A stretch of 63,837 nt of DNA, counting the filler, from Globobulimina sp. (taxonomy: Eukaryota), in assembly GCA_003354225.1 (NCBI GenBank). It is 26 parts of 26 records of this genome, joined end to end, with 100 filler letters (N's around TTAATTAATTAA, not from the genome) between each part and the next. Parts side by side here need not be neighbours in the genome. Positions count along the whole stretch, not along the records: positions 34,442 to 36,800 come from PIVH01007161.1; positions 36,901 to 39,258 come from PIVH01007162.1; positions 39,359 to 41,716 come from PIVH01007163.1; positions 41,817 to 44,174 come from PIVH01007164.1; positions 44,275 to 46,632 come from PIVH01007165.1; positions 46,733 to 49,090 come from PIVH01007166.1; 20 more parts are not named here. One strand, given 5' to 3'. A program made the translations under genes and the position numbers. The first letter of the stretch is position 1. Each line of letters begins with the position of its first letter. Below are positions 34,658 through 48,595 of the stretch, in pieces. Under the pieces are notes generated by a model that saw only the letters and a program-made list of their open reading frames with translations, did not search any database and was not told where the DNA came from.

Positions 34658-36800
34658 ATGGCGTCTGATGACTTCGCCGTCTTATTATCAAAAGGAATAC
34701 GAGTAAGTCTACATTTTATTTTTGTTATACAAACGTTATAATACTTATAACAATTAAAAACAATGCATTGCAGGACAAGTTGAACGAATCGCAACCAAAT
34801 GGCATATTTCACGATACTTTAGATTGTGATGGAATAGATACAGCTCATACCGCTGAATGGGACATTAATAAATTATTTATAGAGTTGCGTGATACTTTAA
34901 AAAAAACATTGAAACATAATACCACATCAAAACAAAACAAGAAAGCAAATATTATTAATCAAATAATAACAAATTCAGAGAACAAAATATCAGCACAATT
35001 GAATAAGTTACAAACTTATTTATATTCCATACAATCAATAAATAATAAAAATCAATGTCAATTCTTGTTCGATTTGGCTGTAGCTTTAACAACATTATTT
35101 TATGAAATCCAATCCAAAAATACTAAGAATAACAAGAATGAGAATGATGAGGAGCATAATAACAATAACAACAACAAGAACAAATTTGATATTGTTGTAT
35201 GTTTATGTGACTCCCTCATTTGCATTGCAATTGAAATATTTTTAATTATTCTCGAGCATTGCAACGATGATCAATTATGTTCAGAGACATTGTATTTATT
35301 GGAAAAGACACTAATAACAAACATCAAGCAATCATTCGATTGGATATCGGAAAACAAATCATTTTTTAATTCAAAATACAGCAAATTAAAATATTTCCAT
35401 ACTAATAATAATAATAAAATGGATGTTGATGATGTGGAGCAAGGAGGAGATATTTTCGATGGAGCTATTCCATTATTTAATGATATTAAATTCAAAAAAG
35501 CAGTAAAAATCAGCGATATTAAACTAAAAATGCGCGATACAATGAATAGGATATCCGAGATATCGACATTTGACAAACACAATTTATATAATTTATGTGA
35601 ATGGATATTTGACGTTTTCTATGAATCGAATGGCATTGAAAGATTATTATCAATCTGTTTGAAAAAAATGGATGATATTAATAACAAAAGCAAACAATTT
35701 GTCTTATTACAAATTAAAAATATTTTACAAATGTTAGATATTTTACTTTGTATTGTTTCAGTGAATGGGTTGAAATCATTTGAAATAAGCACCTTTGTCT
35801 CATACGTTGTGACATTATTTAATAAAATATTGTTGTTCCACCAATTAATAAATGAGACATTAATCAAAGATATAAACAACAAAAAGAAAGAGAAAGAGGA
35901 AGAAAAAGGAAAAGAAAAAGAGAAAGAGAAAGAGAAAGAGATGGATATCAAGTATTTAATGAATATATCTTCAAATTTCGAACAAATCATCGACTCAATT
36001 TGCAAGTTGCTGCATTTGCCATTTTTAAATCAAGAATCAATTCTAAGGCGATATATTTCCATCCAATGCAAAATTATATTTAATCGGCAAATCATGTATT
36101 TGTTTGCAGAAATATGCGATACGCATTCGAACATTTGGTTAAATAAACAATATCTATCATTATTCAGTGGCGATCCCAAATTAGTGGAAGCATTGTTAAA
36201 TGACCTAAATAATACCAATAATTTCACCGATAATCCGAGTTCAAAACCAAATCCAAACCGAGAGATATTTTGTTGTTTCATGGCACTTAATTTTTATTCA
36301 ATGTGTAAAATACATATAACCATCGACGACTTATTATCGTTGCCGTCCATCGAAATCAACCAACTGTTTACAATAAATGAGAGAAGAAACAACTTGGAAT
36401 ATAATTTGCATATAATTGGCTATCAACAGACCTTAGCAATCAACATATTGTCCTCACAAACCAAATTATTGAAAATATTCACAGACATCGGGCACAAGGA
36501 TTGGACCTCGTTATTATTGCAAGTGTTCACTTTGGTTGGTATGAAATGGGCGGACAAAAAAAGAAGATGTAAAACTAAAATAAAATGTAAAAAAAGCAAA
36601 ACAAAAACAAAGAACAACAACAATACGACGCCGCGTCGAAGTGCGCGTTTAGCAGAAAAACGAAAATCACGCATATTAAGTGTCGAGGATGAATTGTTCG
36701 AATCAATGACGTACTTAAATATAATATCAATCTATGATTCAATTATAAATTGCATTCATTATATTATTGATTATAGCAACCATTTCAAAAATAAACAATG
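34658..36800 (+). CDS. Large alpha-helical hypothetical protein; exon 1 34658-34702, intron 34703-34773; 3'-truncated
   Basis: MASDDFAVLLSKGIR|gtaagt..ttgcag|DKLNES joins in frame to the 694-aa ORF; RRSARL motif. Confidence 0.75.
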
Positions 36801-37169
36801 NNNNNNNNNNNNNNNNNNNNNNNNNNNNNNNNNNNNNNNNNNNNTTAATTAATTAANNNNNNNNNNNNNNNNNNNNNNNNNNNNNNNNNNNNNNNNNNNN
36901 AATGCAATTCGTGTAAATATCTAATTATATTATTGAATTATTGCAGTATTTCTGTTTTTGTTATTTATCCAATCATTAAAAAGCGATTAGTGATCAAATA
37001 ATACTCATTATTCATATTAAAATAAATGAGCTATCAATGGTTTATATATAAATCAATGCATACCCAAACCATAGGAACTGCAAAGTCATATCCAAATTTA
37101 ATTTTAAACCAATCCAACCAGCAAAGTCATATTGATAATATTCGCGTGTTTGTAATGAGTTTTTATTAT

Positions 37170-37555
37170 ATTTTATTATATTTTCTATCACCGAATGATT
37201 AATTTGTGTACAATGAACTTTATGCAATTTGAGATTTTTACTTAGATTATGAACATAAATAATTAGTATGTGCGTTTCAGTGAATTTGTGATTTATTTGA
37301 GTGATTATTTTATTGTTCAATCAGTCCATGCATACTCGTTTCTCTCGGTAAAAATTAGTATATTTTAGTATATTTCTATAACTGAATAATTAATTTGCGT
37401 ATAATGAACTTTATGGAATTTGATATTTTATCTTAGATTAGAGTTTTAGTGAATTTGTTATTATTTTATCTTAGATTATTTCAGTGATTATTTTATTGTT
37501 AAATGAGTCGATTCATAGTCGTTTCTATCGGTAAAAATTATATTTTATTATATGA
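37170..37555. repeat. Diverged ~180-bp tandem duplication in AT-rich noncoding DNA
   Basis: aatgaactttatg..cttagatta and gtgattattttattgtt..cgtttct.tcggtaaaaatta each occur twice. Confidence 0.65.
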
Positions 37556-38399
37556 ATTGGTGTTTTGTGATATTGTGAATATACTTAGTATTTGTGATAG
37601 TTTTTTTTTGTTATTGTTTGTTGCAATGAATATCATTTATGAGATTATATGATGAATATTCATTGAATCTTACAAATGTATGTTATGTTTGATTGTGTTT
37701 TGAATAATATTTAGTGTTGTATCAATCACAAAATCATTAGTTATTTATTTTTCTTTCTGTTTGAATTGCACAATAATTCAATATCAAATTCCTCTGACTC
37801 TAATTACTAAGCTCTGACGTTGAACGGCTCTGACTATAACACATATATGTACAATGTTACAATAATCAATCTGAATTCTGAAAGAACATTCCAGTACGTA
37901 CACGTCAGCACGGATCTTGATCAGAATTCAGAAACGTACAGCATATTCAAACGTGTAATAAATTAAAATGAAAGAACAAAATAAACATTGCAATATATAT
38001 TTAATAACTGAGAAAATGATATTTTATTTGTGCAAGGATAAAAACGGACAAACAACAAAATACAGCAATAATGAATTCAAGTATCAATTCATATGATGCT
38101 TCAATCATCAATGGCATTAATGCCACATTATGTTTAGCTTGTTTCTGGCAAAATTAAATTTCCATAATCTAACACTCCACTCAAAAACCGTGACTAAGTA
38201 ATTAGATGCTTTCGTTAATTTGTGTTTTTGGTCCATACTTCGTCACTTATTCTCTGCTTATATTACTAGCAGCAGTTGGTACAATGCTGCGCCGTCTCAC
38301 AAAAACAATCAAATTTCAACAGAACCACAGACCACAGTAACTAAAACAAAGAAGTTGGATTTTAAAATATTCAAAACAAACACAACAAAATGTAATATT

Positions 38400-38950
38400 G
38401 ATAAATATAAAAACAAGAAAGAAGATGGAATCATAAAGAATTGCGATCATTTATTACGAATTGCATATTGTTTGCGATATTATCAATTATTTATGTAAGA
38501 AAGAAAATGATTTATATTGATTGATTTTTGTAGTAATATTCATGTTTTATGTGTTTGTCAGATTATATTCATTTAATGACAAAACATTCTGAGACTGAAA
38601 CATTAAATAAAATTAGTTATGAGTTAGAAAAATGTCATAATATTGAAATATGTGCAAATATGAATGACTGTAAATGGACAAAAAGACATTATCGAAATAG
38701 AGAGGATGCTGATGAGAATAATACAAATAATCATTTTTGTATCAATTTATTTGATACAATTCATTTTTATATCTTTCATTTACAATCATTAGGACTCAGA
38801 GAAAAAGAATAAAAAATGAATTATTTAGTTTGTGATTGTGTGGATAAAGAAATTAAGAAAATATCAAAAATAAAAAACAAGAAATGAAAAGATTTAAATA
38901 TGAATCTATTAAATAATGAAAAGAATACAAAATTTAATTTTATTATCAAT
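38400..38950 (+). pseudogene. Disrupted copy of the lineage-expanded Cys/His family
   Basis: IKNCDHLLRIAYCLRYY, LSDYIHLMTKH and NLFDTIHFYIFHL lie in different frames separated by stops. Confidence 0.55.
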
Positions 38951-39008
38951 GTAAGTGAAATCAATGAAAGAGAGAGAAAAGAGGAAAGAAGCACATTTAT
39001 GTAAGATA

Positions 39009-39162
39009 CAGCCATTGGTACCGCTGCTTATTTATATGGTACGTGCAGCAGCCATTGGTCCCGCTGTTATTTATTATGGTATGCCAGCAGCCATTGATAC
39101 CGCTGCTTATTTATATGGTACGTACATCAGCCATTGGTCCCGCTGCTATTTATTATGGTACG
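39009..39162. repeat. Minisatellite, four 39-40 bp units in A-B-A-B arrangement
   Basis: cagccattgg..ccgctg..tattta..tggta units start at 39009, 39049, 39088, 39128. Confidence 0.9.
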
Positions 39163-39599
39163 GCGTACGTAGCGCCGTGGACAGCTGCCACCTACAAATC
39201 TCTTCTTGTGATGATAGCTCAATGAGAGCGTCTTATTGAAGAATATTTGGGTTCAAATNNNNNNNNNNNNNNNNNNNNNNNNNNNNNNNNNNNNNNNNNN
39301 NNTTAATTAATTAANNNNNNNNNNNNNNNNNNNNNNNNNNNNNNNNNNNNNNNNNNNNTTCGCTGAGTGCCATGACGAAAGCAAAATGTTATGTTTCTAA
39401 ATGACAAAAGTTTTTTTTTCTTCAATTATCAAAGCGTTCATTGAAGAAATGAACTAAAAGCAAAAACCCTAATGAGAGTTTGTGCCATGTTCGCTTTGTA
39501 TTATTTACTACAGATATTTGAGTAAAACATTTTTGAACTAAGAACATTCGTTTCCCAAATACGTAAATAAACTGCGACAATAAAAGTCGATCCCAAAAG

Positions 39600-41716
39600 A
39601 TGTCATCAAAAGATAAAATTGCGTTTGCGAGATATGAAGTATACAAGAAAAGATTACAAGCAATTTTGAAACAAAAAAACCCCCAAAAAATTAATGCGGT
39701 GGACGCATTGTTACGAAAATACAGAGGAAAAGAGCATGGGGTTTATGCTAAAGTTTGTTCGAAATACGGAATTACACCAAAACCAGAGTGGAGCCCAAAT
39801 AATAATATTAATAGAAACAAACCAATGCAACAAATAAAATCAAAAAAGCTACCATCAAAATGCAACAATAAACAAACTGATTCCAGACAAAATAAAATGA
39901 AAAATAAACTTTCTGCACTGAAAAATAAAAAGTTGGCGAAAGGAAATCGCAGTAAAATTGTAAAGAAAACAATACCACAAATTGAAAAAAAGAAGATTGT
40001 AATTCAGAAACAAGAAGAATCTGAAGATGAATATGAAGATGATTTTGAAGTACGTTTTGTGTGAATGAAATGAAATTAAATCATTTTTGTTTTTATTCGA
40101 CTTTTTATATAGGACTACAGTGATGATTTTGAGGCGGAAGAAAAAGAAGAAAAAGAAGAAAAAAGTGTATTGATGACAAAGGTTTGTGTGTTATTTGTGT
40201 ACCGTTTGTATACTTGTTCGGAATTGCAACTATATACAGCATAATATTAGAAGTAGCAAAACAAATATTTTGTTTTCAATGCGAGAAAGAAGCATTGACC
40301 AACAATATTTGAAAAGGGTTGGAAAAGAAATCTATTGTCGAGGAATTCAATCATTTTATGTGGAAAATATGCAAACACAAACAACCAAAAAGAAAAAAGA
40401 AAATAAATCGACGCAATACGAATTTTGTGAGGCAAGAAATAAAGACGTCGACTTAAATTACGACAGACAAAGATTGCAATCCTTTGTTAATAAATCCTGT
40501 AAATTAATCCATGGATTGTTATCTTTTAAAAATAGAAATAGCGCAAACAATGAAAAGAAGTGTAATGATGACTCCTTTTTAAGTGAAGGAATAACTTTTG
40601 TTTCTGATGAATTTAAAATATTAACGGATCGAAGTATTAATGATATTACATTTTCAGTGCGTAATCCTAATATTATTGCTGTGGCATATTCGAAATTGCA
40701 AATAAATTATGACCCAAACCGAGATGATGAGAAAATGCAAGATTTGAATATTAATATTAAATATGACGTCGACGTCGACGGATTAGTTTGTATTTGGGAT
40801 AAAAGAAAACATTTACTTCCAATATATGCCTTAATTTGTGATGACGAAATAAAAACAATTCAATTCCTTCCAAATGAATATGATAATTTTATTATTTGTG
40901 GGCGACAAAATGGCTGCATCGCCGTATGGGATCTGTCAGAAACAAATGGCATACATCAAAAATACAAAATTGATGACCAGACAGCACTGTATTTGCGTTA
41001 TCCGAGTTATATGACCGATTGTCAATGGAACAGAAATCATCATTATCCAATAATATGTTTACAATTTTTGAATAAATCCGAATTTTGTTCAGTTGATATA
41101 AATGGTTTAATAAATGGATGGTCGATTGACTGCATTGCCAATTCACAAATAAATGAATCAAAATCAAGAGATTTATGCTGCAGAGATATGGATACAATTA
41201 AAATTAATCAGCAATTTACATTTGATATTGCTTCACATATTTATGGCAATAATCTACATTCACTCCAATCCGGTTGTTGTTTGTGTGCAGTTCCAATGCA
41301 GTCAAATGAGACAAGAATGCTGTTTGCATATAAAAGCTGTGTGTATATGTTGTGGATAATTGGTCCAAATGTCGAAATAATTGAAGAGTATACATTGAAA
41401 TATGATGTTATTGGAATAAATCATGCAAATAATAATGTAATATCTGTTGCTGTTTGTGATGCAATGTTTGTTGCAGGCTATGAAAATGGAATGATATGTT
41501 TGTTTAATATGGGCGAAAGTTATCCGATTCGCAGATTTTATGATATGAATAATATTCAATCTGTGCAATCAGTATCATTCATGAAAATAGATCAATATTT
41601 ATTATTATATGCCATGTTTAAAGATGGAAGAATACGATTTGTGCACATCAAAGGCAATAAAGACATACAAACGCACATATTCGAAAAGATTTTACCCACA
41701 AATCACAAATCTATTA
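39600..41716 (+). CDS. WDR60: Dynein-2 intermediate chain WDR60/DYNC2I1-like; introns 40050-40112 and 40182-40239; 3'-truncated
   Basis: Spliced YEDDFE|DYSDDFE; RLQSFVNKSCKLIHGLL; GLVCIWD; GCIAVWDLSE..H; LRYPSYMTD..NHHYPI, in the same order as in WDR60. Confidence 0.75.
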
Positions 41717-41880
41717 NNNNNNNNNNNNNNNNNNNNNNNNNNNNNNNNNNNNNNNNNNNNTTAATTAATTAANNNNNNNNNNNNNNNNNNNNNNNNNNNN
41801 NNNNNNNNNNNNNNNNGGACGCAAAAGAATGGGATGATTATTACCACCACTTAAAAAATACAATTTCCAATAGATTTAAA

Positions 41881-44174
41881 TTGCCTTTCGCTGAATTTGA
41901 AGTAAACCATACCTTTTCCGGTTGCAATATTAAATCTGGCAAACATTTAATAACCGCCTATCAAACACTAAAAACAAAGAGTCAAAGCATCAAAATCAAG
42001 AAAACCATATTCATAAAATTAACAGATATCAAAGCTATCACTTATAAGCACAACAGAATGGGTTCAGCAGTCACTGAGTTACAGCATAAAATCCCATTCA
42101 TTCAAAAACAAACTTGCTATGATATTATAATGGACGCTATGAATAACCACAAACAGATCAAACAACCACAGCCAAAACAAGAGCAAAAGGAAAATGTCAC
42201 GCAATGGAGCTCAAACCGGCCGTGGGAGCACATTGCGAACTGCGCAGCGCATGAAATGTGGAGTCAATTATCGCATACAATCAAATCTATAGTGGATCAA
42301 TGGAGAGATAATTTAATCACGTTTGTTGACACTGAGATCAATGACAAATCGATGAATAATTTGTTGCGAGAGCTCAAATTTAAAAAGAATTTACCAAAGG
42401 AAGAAGCGGAATATTTACGAAAGTTAATTCAGAGATATCGCCAGTTTGACAATAATATCGTCGCAGTGCACAGTTGGGATGGTCAGGACATTGACGATGA
42501 AGAATATAACAAATACTTAGCGCCCACTACCTGGAAAGGGCTAAATATTTCTATTTTGAATGACATTTTTAATGTGCATCGAGCCTTTGTGTTCAGTACA
42601 TATCATTTTGAAGAGTATACTGATAAATTGTTCATATATAATATAAATAACAATCGTTTTCTGGGGAAAGATTTTACGAAGAAATATCTGAAACAGTTTG
42701 CATTTGCGCCGCAGTTTAATTTTTATCCACGTTATTTGGTTCAGGACGATTTATTTGAGATTGTCAAGTATTTTTTTGCTGTTTCGCATTATGTGGATGA
42801 TATTGAAAAGAATGGCGAGATTGAACCGGATGAAAATGAAAAGGAATATGAGTCGGATGAGGAGGAAGATGATGATGATGATGAGGATGAAGAAATTGTG
42901 TATGATGACGCAGAAAATGTAGAAAATGCAACCGAGTTCCGATTGTATTCTGTGATTATCCCTAAGTTAACGACGTGTGTGTATGATAATAATTTATTAT
43001 TCCAGCCAAGTATCGGTAATATTGATCAATATTTATTGGATAAAAACATTTATAATTATCATAGAAATGTAGTACGTTTGAATAAAATTAATAATGTCAA
43101 TGATATTAAACAATTATTGATTAAATATTATAATGTAAACGATATCAAACAAGACAAAAGCAACAAAGTTATGATTATAATCGATCGGAGACGTTTGAAT
43201 CAGGAAATAAATGATATTTTATATATTTTCTGCACCAAACACGTGAACCAATTTAGTGAATTGCAGTCAAATTATTTCATAGGCTTTGATTTTTATATTT
43301 TGTTTGGTCATTTGAAAGGAAATAATGTGACCAAAGCATATTTGCGGTATGGCATTGGCGATAAATTGCGTTTTTATCCTGAATTATTGGAGTCGATTAT
43401 GCCCCGCTTATTTGTCAAGAAACGTCGCTTCAATGCACAGGCAATGTATAGTAATAACTACAAACACGGATTTTGTCTCAGATTACACGATCCTGTGTTC
43501 AATAAATATTATAAACTCATTACAAACTTTACCTTTGTCTCAGTCAATTACAATCGCAATGTTGTGATTGATGATTACAAGGAGGACAATGCAGAAGTGC
43601 TATTTTTCAGTGATATTTTGAGCATTCAGTTAGCGAAAGACATCCAAAGTAAACAAGTGCAGCAATTTAAAGCTTATTTATTCGAAAATGATTACGATTC
43701 CGATGCCATTGTATTTGATTTAGGCGAAGACGAAGAAATTAGTGATTTGCATCCTTCTTTTATTAAAGATTATTTTTTTGACAACAAACAAGATAAAAAT
43801 TGGGTGATTTGCAGAGATTGGATAAAAAAATTTAATCAGCGCAGGTCTGAGGAACATGATAAAAAAGAAAATACAGAAAATATTAAGACCGAACATAAGG
43901 AAAATGATAGCATTGTCAGTCCCGGTTCGACAGCAAAGTGTGGCAAAGAAAATATTATTTCAATTAGAAAATGTCCGTTTGTTGGCTGTATAATTGAGTC
44001 ATTGCAAATATTCCAACAGTTAAACTTCCATGTTTCAAATGCAAAGTTGGCTCAATTTGATTTGTCATATTTATCGCAGTCATATGATCACATTATTAAT
44101 GTTCACGAATTTTGCAAAAAAAATAGGAACGTCAACGACAACGATAACGAAGCTGAGGAGAAAAAATCGGACAT
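41881..44174 (+). CDS. Large hypothetical protein, internal fragment, with acidic tract and a Cys/His family motif near the end
   Basis: ORF spans the contig; YLFENDYDSDAIVFD; CPFVGCIIESL..LSQSYDHIINVH. Confidence 0.75.
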
Positions 44175-44560
44175 NNNNNNNNNNNNNNNNNNNNNNNNNN
44201 NNNNNNNNNNNNNNNNNNTTAATTAATTAANNNNNNNNNNNNNNNNNNNNNNNNNNNNNNNNNNNNNNNNNNNNAAAGGAATCAACATAGAAATAACCCG
44301 TAAACATGAAAAGCACCATGAGCACGAAATAAATCTTAAAATAAACATCGAATTAGTGTAAAATAGGTCTTACAAACATATAAATACTGCTTTCTTAGTA
44401 TGATTAGTCTGTGTCTGTATACAATGTCAAGAAACAGTGTCAGTGTCAAGAACTTAGTGAAGTTAAAATGGAGTATATAGTTTGGTGGTGTTGAAAAACA
44501 CCTGGTAAAAAATAAAAAGAATAGAATATTTACAAAGATAAACTAAGATATATGATTTAA

Positions 44561-44635
44561 TTAATTTCCTCTTAATCGTTTTGCCAAAGCAATATCTTTT
44601 CCCATAATAGTAACGCGTTTGGCGTGGATTGCAAC
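44561..44635 (-). CDS. Exon encoding a histone H3-like C-terminus; missed by ORF track
   Basis: After a TAG acceptor: [24 protein letters not shown] versus H3 [24 protein letters not shown]. Confidence 0.75.
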   Translation of the reverse strand, partial: [24 protein letters not shown]

Positions 44636-45421
44636 CTAACCAGTCCAGAAATGAACATTATGTTTTAATGTATCTGATGCCGGCTGTTTATACGTATGCA
44701 GTATGCATTGCAATGGCAATGAGCTCGATGTTATTAATTAAACCTAATTGCAATGGTGTTGACATACTGGATAATGATAATTGAGACATATATAAATTTA
44801 AAAGATGAATATGAACTTATTGATGAATATTTATATTGATAAAGAATGCGTACATGATATTAATTATTACATTCATTCAAAATATAAACAGATAATGAAT
44901 GCATTAAAACGTACAATGGATGTAAAATCAGTGAATGATCTAAATATTAATAGTAATAAGGTGAATGATATAGGGAATTAAATATATGTTGAATCAATTA
45001 AATAGTATTCCTAAATACAAGAGTCAAATGACAAGAAAATATAAAAAAAACTTGCGCAAACATCAAAATAACTGAAATTGTATAAAAATAGGATTTTCTT
45101 CAAGTGAGCTGATAAAAATAATCTTAATTCAAAACTTTATGGCAGAGTTAGTGCTCGTTCGTAGTTGCGAGAGAATCTTTGTTAGTTTTCATTGGTTTGC
45201 AGCGATTCGTTTTTAGAGATAGATATGTCCAGATACATCCAAAATGGATTTAATTTCATTTTCGAATAATAAATTATAAATTGTACATGTCACAAAGGAC
45301 AAATTTAAAAAAAAACATAAACAGACAAAAAACATAAACATCTAAAAACATAGACAAGTGAACGTTACGTATACACAAACACCGCCTTACATGCATTATT
45401 TTAAATGCATTATAATTTAAT

Positions 45422-46421
45422 TTAGTCAGTATCAACATATTTGACTTGACGATACACGGTGCCACGACCAATATTTGCACAATATAACCACACAACATTT
45501 GCAATCAATAAGAATGCCACAGCCCCACCAATGGCATAGACCCACCACGACGAAAGGGTTAAATAATAATTATTCTGTGGTCCTGGCGCTGGTCCTACAA
45601 AATGGAAATCTCCAAATGGCTCTGATACTTGACTCCCTATCATTTTATATCATTTTATATCATTTATATTATATTATATATTATTTTATATATACATAAT
45701 ACAATACAATACCTCCAGGCGCTGCTTTTGTCGCTTTGAAAATCTGACCGGCGGAGTTAACGCCCCATATATTGCTTCTACTTCCGACCGAAATCTGAGT
45801 CAATAGGCCACAAATTAGTGTCCAAGTGTTATCATGGTCGTATCGATAAATATTACCGGCCGAATTCACTCCCATTACGACATTGTCTGCACTCACCGAG
45901 ACATGCTCCAATTTGCCAGCTATTTGCTGCCAACTATTACTGCACACATTTCGTTTATAAATATTACCGGCGGAATTAACGCCCCATACATTGGATGCCG
46001 ATCCAACTTCAATTTGATCCAAACCGCCAGAGATCTGTGTCCACGAAGTCCCATCGCGGCGATAAATATTATTGGCTGAATTTGTACCCCATACAGTACC
46101 ATCTAAGGCAACCGATACAGTTTGTAAGGCGCCCGGGATTTGCTGCCAACTCTCTCCTGAACGCCGATAAATATTACCGCCTCCATTAATACCCCATATC
46201 TCATCTGCCGAACCAACATCTACGTTCACTAAACCTCCGGAGATTTGTGTCCACGCAGTCCCATCACGGCGATAAATCCTATCGGCGGCATTTGCGCCCC
46301 ATACCGTGCCATCAGCCGCCGCAGTCACATGTTCTAATGCGCCGCCAACTTGCACCCATCCAACATCTTCACATCCACTCGTTGCTAATACAAAGGCGCA
46401 GAATAAAATACTAATAAACAT
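45422..46421 (-). CDS. Tectonin/fish-egg-lectin-like beta-propeller lectin with C-terminal TM anchor; intron 45637-45712
   Basis: Signal peptide; six W.QI.G.L..+.V....VWG.N....IYRR repeats; a phase-1 GT-AG intron joins to WWVYAIGGAVAFLLIANVVWLYC. Confidence 0.85.
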
Positions 46422-46732
46422 AATTGACTGACTGAGCAGATTGATTTTGTTTTAATTTGTTTTTCGATCGGTGTTTGCTTTAATTTGTTTTATACACGAC
46501 TGAGTTGAGGAGCTAAGTGACGGTTTTTCCAAGTTGAGATTTCTTTTATTATTCCTCCAGAGTCCAGACACGCAAAAACTGAACTGAGCAGCACACAAAT
46601 TGTGAGTCATAAATTTGGAATATTTGACAAAGNNNNNNNNNNNNNNNNNNNNNNNNNNNNNNNNNNNNNNNNNNNNTTAATTAATTAANNNNNNNNNNNN
46701 NNNNNNNNNNNNNNNNNNNNNNNNNNNNNNNN

Positions 46733-48425
46733 AAACATATTCACTGAGCTCAATACACCTGTAACGGCCAACAATACGCCCAACAAAGCCACAATTAACG
46801 GCAGCAACAATCCGCCCGTAACAATTAAATATAATTTGTTGCTCAATGTTGACTGTTTCCATATTTGCGGATCAAACATACTTTCATCCTCAATACATAT
46901 TTTCATATAAAACAAGGCAGGCAGCACAAGTTCCAAATTCATGGAAGATATAGACCCGATTAACGACATAGCAGTTCCCAGATTGTCAATGAACAGCGCA
47001 ATCCCCGCATTACTAAAAAACACGACCAGTGTAAAACATACATGGTGTGACAGCGGAGCATTTTGCACCGTATAAAAAACATCTTTATCTGCCACAGCCT
47101 CCTGAATTGCGCGCGTATTAATTTCAGAATGATGCGCCATGATGGACCGTGGCGAGGTGCTCGATATTGAGCTTCTAAACGACTTGAATGAAGCATGCAC
47201 TCTCTGCGCTGATGAATACACGATATGACGCACCAAAAAGAAGGCCGGCGGGTACGACAAAGCCATGATTAATATAATAACAATCCGGACTGCAATGAAT
47301 AGCGGCGATGTGATGCTGTAATTATTAATTACATTCGAATCGCTCTGCGAGCCAAACGTCAGAAAAGCTGGCACTGAAAACAATAAATTGAGTGAAATGG
47401 TGCCTGTAATACCAAAGCTGCTCACTTTTTTCCATCGAGCCAGTGTTGGATTTTCCAATGTGTTATACATTAGAAATACACAATCGTGACACAGGAAACT
47501 GAAAGCTATGATGCCTAAGGTCTTAGGCAGACCGTTGATATTTAAGATTGTGATGCTATTCATATCCATGGGGGAGCTCCTTATTTGAGGGTTGTGAGTC
47601 ATGCTCAGCCATTGCCAGATCACCACAGCAATGATGAATACGATGGAAACCACTTTGATGGCAGAGATATGTTCCAATTTTGATAAATCCCGAAATAAAC
47701 ACATGGGTAATACTAATATGGTGGAGATGGTCAGCATGATACACATTCTTTGGTATTGGCTGTCATAGCCCCAGATTTGGATGATTTTGAAGGATGCATC
47801 GCCGATTGCTATCAACTCTGTGACTGTGGGGGTGTGGCATGGATGCAGTCAATCAATCAATGTATACGCAGTGCAGTACATAACTTAATCCACCATAAAC
47901 CATCACAAATATGAAGAAGGACGCGATGACATATCCGAGTGAGCCGTAACAATGTTCTGCTAATTGCTCGTAGTTAAAGACTGACACTTTTTGGGCAGAG
48001 ATTACTAAGAGATTCAAGGTGTAGGCACAGATGAAACCAAATACTATCAAACTTATGACAGTTGATACTAACCTTTAAAAGTACACAAGTTTTGGAAATT
48101 GTTTTTGAAATTTCGTGTTTGTGGATATACCCAGTTGTCAGCATAGCATATGGCAGCGACAGGATGCCAATTCCAACCGTTATATTTAAAAACTAAGTAT
48201 ATGCTAACAATTAATAACAAAATCTATTTTAATATTTAAATCGCTGTTCAACTAAACATTCCATAGGACATTGGTTACCGATGAGGTGCCGGTACCGTTT
48301 GTGGTGGGGTGCTGTGTCTGAGGTTTCTCTATTTTAATTGCAATAGTTTGGTAGTTTGACTTTTTGGATAATATTAGCTGGTCGTGGTCGTTTAGTGACC
48401 TTCCGCTTTCTATTTCAATTGGCAT
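46733..48425 (-). CDS. SLC38/AAAP amino-acid transporter, multi-exon, 3' end just truncated
   Basis: FLNITVGIGILSLPYA, NYEQLAEHCYG, LPMCLFRDLSKL, GIIAFSFLCHD, ALSYP, LVLPALFY. Confidence 0.9.
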
Positions 48426-48595
48426 TGCTCAGTAAATATGGTGGATGTAATTCACAAGTTTCGGAAACTGTGTCCCATCTTAAATTAGGTTTTTTGTATA
48501 ATAGTACCTCACTGAAAACACCCCAAAAGAATATCTACATCAAAACATGCAACCATTGGCAAGAAGAATTATTCATAAAATTGTTCGTAAATGTC

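Noticed and set aside
39009-39162. CRISPR array
   Set aside because: Units are contiguous with no unique spacers, there are no cas genes, and the context is eukaryotic.
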